Source: an uncultured Acidobacteriia bacterium
GTDB taxonomy: Bacteria; Acidobacteriota; Terriglobia; Bryobacterales; Bryobacteraceae
NCBI GenBank assembly: GCA_903907865.1
Contig: CAIVPR010000071.1
Location: forward strand, 13,410 to 77,409
Direction of reading: 5' to 3'
Length of the DNA stretch: 64,000 bases
The notes beneath the pieces are model-generated. The model was not told where the DNA came from and did not search any database. It saw nothing but the letters and a program-made list of their open reading frames with translations. Position 1 is the first letter of the stretch. Every line of letters begins with the position of its first letter. Positions 62,635 through 64,000 of the stretch are shown here, piece by piece. The translations under genes and the position numbers were made by a program.

Positions 62635-64000
62635 ATGCCTCCTCGGCACATCGCCATCCTCGCTGGCACCCTCCTCCTGTGGGCCCACGCCACAACTGCG
62701 TCCGCCCAGCCTGCCACCTCCGCAGTCGACTTCAACCGCGACATCCGCCCCATCCTCTCGGACCGCTGCTTCACCTGCCACGGTCCCGATGCCACCCATC
62801 GCCAAGCCAACCTTCGGCTCGACCTCAAGGATGGCGCGAAAGCCGTCGCCGCCGAGCTTCAACGCCGCATCGCTGCCACTGACTCCGACCGCATGCCGCC
62901 CGCCGACTCCGGCAAAACACCGCTCACGCCCGCCCAAGTCGCCAAGATCAAGACGTGGCTCGCCCATGGAGCCCCGTGGCAGCCCTTCTGGTCCTTCATT
63001 CCGCCAACCCGCCCCACATTGCCGCCCGGCACCGCCCCAAATCCCATCGACCGCTTCCTCCAAGCCCGCCTCGACCGCGAAAACCTAAGGCCCGCCCCCG
63101 AGGCCGACCGCCGCATCCTCATCCGCCGTGTGTCGCTCGACCTGACCGGCCTCCCGCCGACCCCCGCCGAAGTAGACTCGTTTGTCAAAGATCCCGCGCC
63201 CGACGCCTACGAAAAGGTCGTCGACCGCCTTCTCGCCTCCCCCCGCTACGGCGAACGCATGGCCTTCCGCTGGATCGAGGCCGCCCGCTACAGCGACTCC
63301 AACGGCTACCAAACGGACGGCCCCCGCGACATGTGGCGTTGGCGCGACTGGGCCATCGACGCCTTCAACGCCAACATGCCGTGGGACCGCTTCACCATCG
63401 AACAACTCGCCGGCGACCTCCTGCCGAACGCCACCCTCGACCAGAAAATCGCCACCGGCTTCAATCGCAACCACCGCACCACCGGCGAAGGCGGCATCAT
63501 CGACGAGGAGTACCGCGTCGAATACGTCGCCGACCGCACCCAAACTACCTCAACCGTCTGGCTCGGCCTCACCCTCGGGTGCGCCCGCTGCCACGACCAC
63601 AAGTACGACCCCCTTTCCCAAAAGGATTTCTACCGCCTCTACGCCTACTTCAACCAAGTTCCCGGCGAAAAGGGCTTCACCTGGAACTACGGCCCCGAGG
63701 AGCCCTTCGTCAAGGCCCCGCTGCCCGACCAGCAAACAAAACTCGCCCGCCTCGAAGCCGATCTCGCCCGCGCCCAGAAGGACTGGGACGCCCTGCAACC
63801 CAAAATCGCCACGACCCAGGCGCAATGGGAACAAAAGCACCACCCCGACTGGACCCCGACCGACAGCCTCGTCTTCCGCTCCGACTGGCTCCCGTCCAAG
63901 CTCCCAGCCACCACCAGCCCTGCTGGCAAGGCCTACCAATACGATGGCAAGCAATTCCTCGAAGCCAACGGCGACGGAGCCGTCTTCGGCTACCTCGATC
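62635..64000 (+). CDS. PSCyt1 + PSCyt2 (DUF1549) + PSD1 (DUF1553)-type protein, 3' end outside window
   Basis: Not in the ORF track because no stop falls in the window. ATG 62635 gives MPPRHIAILAGTLLLWAHATTASA (signal peptide). FNRDIRPILSDRCFTCHGPD...NLRLD (PSCyt1). NPIDRFLQARL...RRVSLDLTGLPPTPAEVDSF...RYGERMAFRWIEAARYSDSNGYQ...CARCHDHKYDP (DUF1549 hallmarks). Open to base 64000. Confidence 0.88.
   Translation, partial: MPPRHIAILAGTLLLWAHATTASAQPATSAVDFNRDIRPILSDRCFTCHGPDATHRQANLRLDLKDGAKAVAAELQRRIAATDSDRMPPADSGKTPLTPAQVAKIKTWLAHGAPWQPFWSFIPPTRPTLPPGTAPNPIDRFLQARLDRENLRPAPEADRRILIRRVSLDLTGLPPTPAEVDSFVKDPAPDAYEKVVDRLLASPRYGERMAFRWIEAARYSDSNGYQTDGPRDMWRWRDWAIDAFNANMPWDRFTIEQLAGDLLPNATLDQKIATGFNRNHRTTGEGGIIDEEYRVEYVADRTQTTSTVWLGLTLGCARCHDHKYDPLSQKDFYRLYAYFNQVPGEKGFTWNYGPEEPFVKAPLPDQQTKLARLEADLARAQKDWDALQPKIATTQAQWEQKHHPDWTPTDSLVFRSDWLPSKLPATTSPAGKAYQYDGKQFLEANGDGAVFGYLD

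Overview
High-GC bacterial chromosomal window. It is most likely from an Acidobacteriota genome of the Solibacter/Bryobacter type; this is an inference from the PEP-CTERM, CarboxypepD_reg, PSCyt1/PSCyt2/PSD1 and TIGR03437-type C-terminal domains I recognise in the translations. I count about 55 protein-coding genes. I recognised no rRNA, tRNA, CRISPR array, transposase or integrase.

Layout:
(i) 1-25.3 kb is mostly housekeeping and envelope genes. It includes a minus-strand operon (DapA-like, ugd, cmk, aspartate kinase), prmA, an ECF sigma/anti-sigma pair, a Ser/Thr kinase and ftsK.
(ii) 25.3-42.3 kb holds mixed metabolic and efflux genes: an IlvD/YjhG-type dehydratase, two paralogous secreted beta-propellers, and an RND pump. 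These are interleaved with eight toxin-antitoxin-type loci: HicAB, Xre-RES, an MNT remnant, NTase-HEPN, VapBC, Phd with a PIN remnant, and (further left) an orphan PIN and an orphan RHH. Three of the eight look decayed.
(iii) 42.4-64 kb is a cell-surface and haem-protein region. It contains two methyltransferases plus an orphan Wzt-type ABC ATPase, and a PSCyt1-ankyrin-toroid fusion. It also contains a 3,535-codon mosaic surface protein whose stop codon lies 8 nt before a di-haem cytochrome c gene, and a PSCyt1/PSCyt2/PSD1 gene that runs off the window end (absent from the ORF track).

The giant gene and its haem-protein neighbours are my best candidate for an undescribed system.

Caveats: many long track ORFs are antisense shadow ORFs typical of high-GC DNA. 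Several track ORFs carry spurious N-terminal extensions, and I re-picked those starts by eye. Three apparent frameshifts all sit at short homopolymer runs and could be assembly errors rather than true pseudogenes. All family calls are motif recognition from memory, not database searches.
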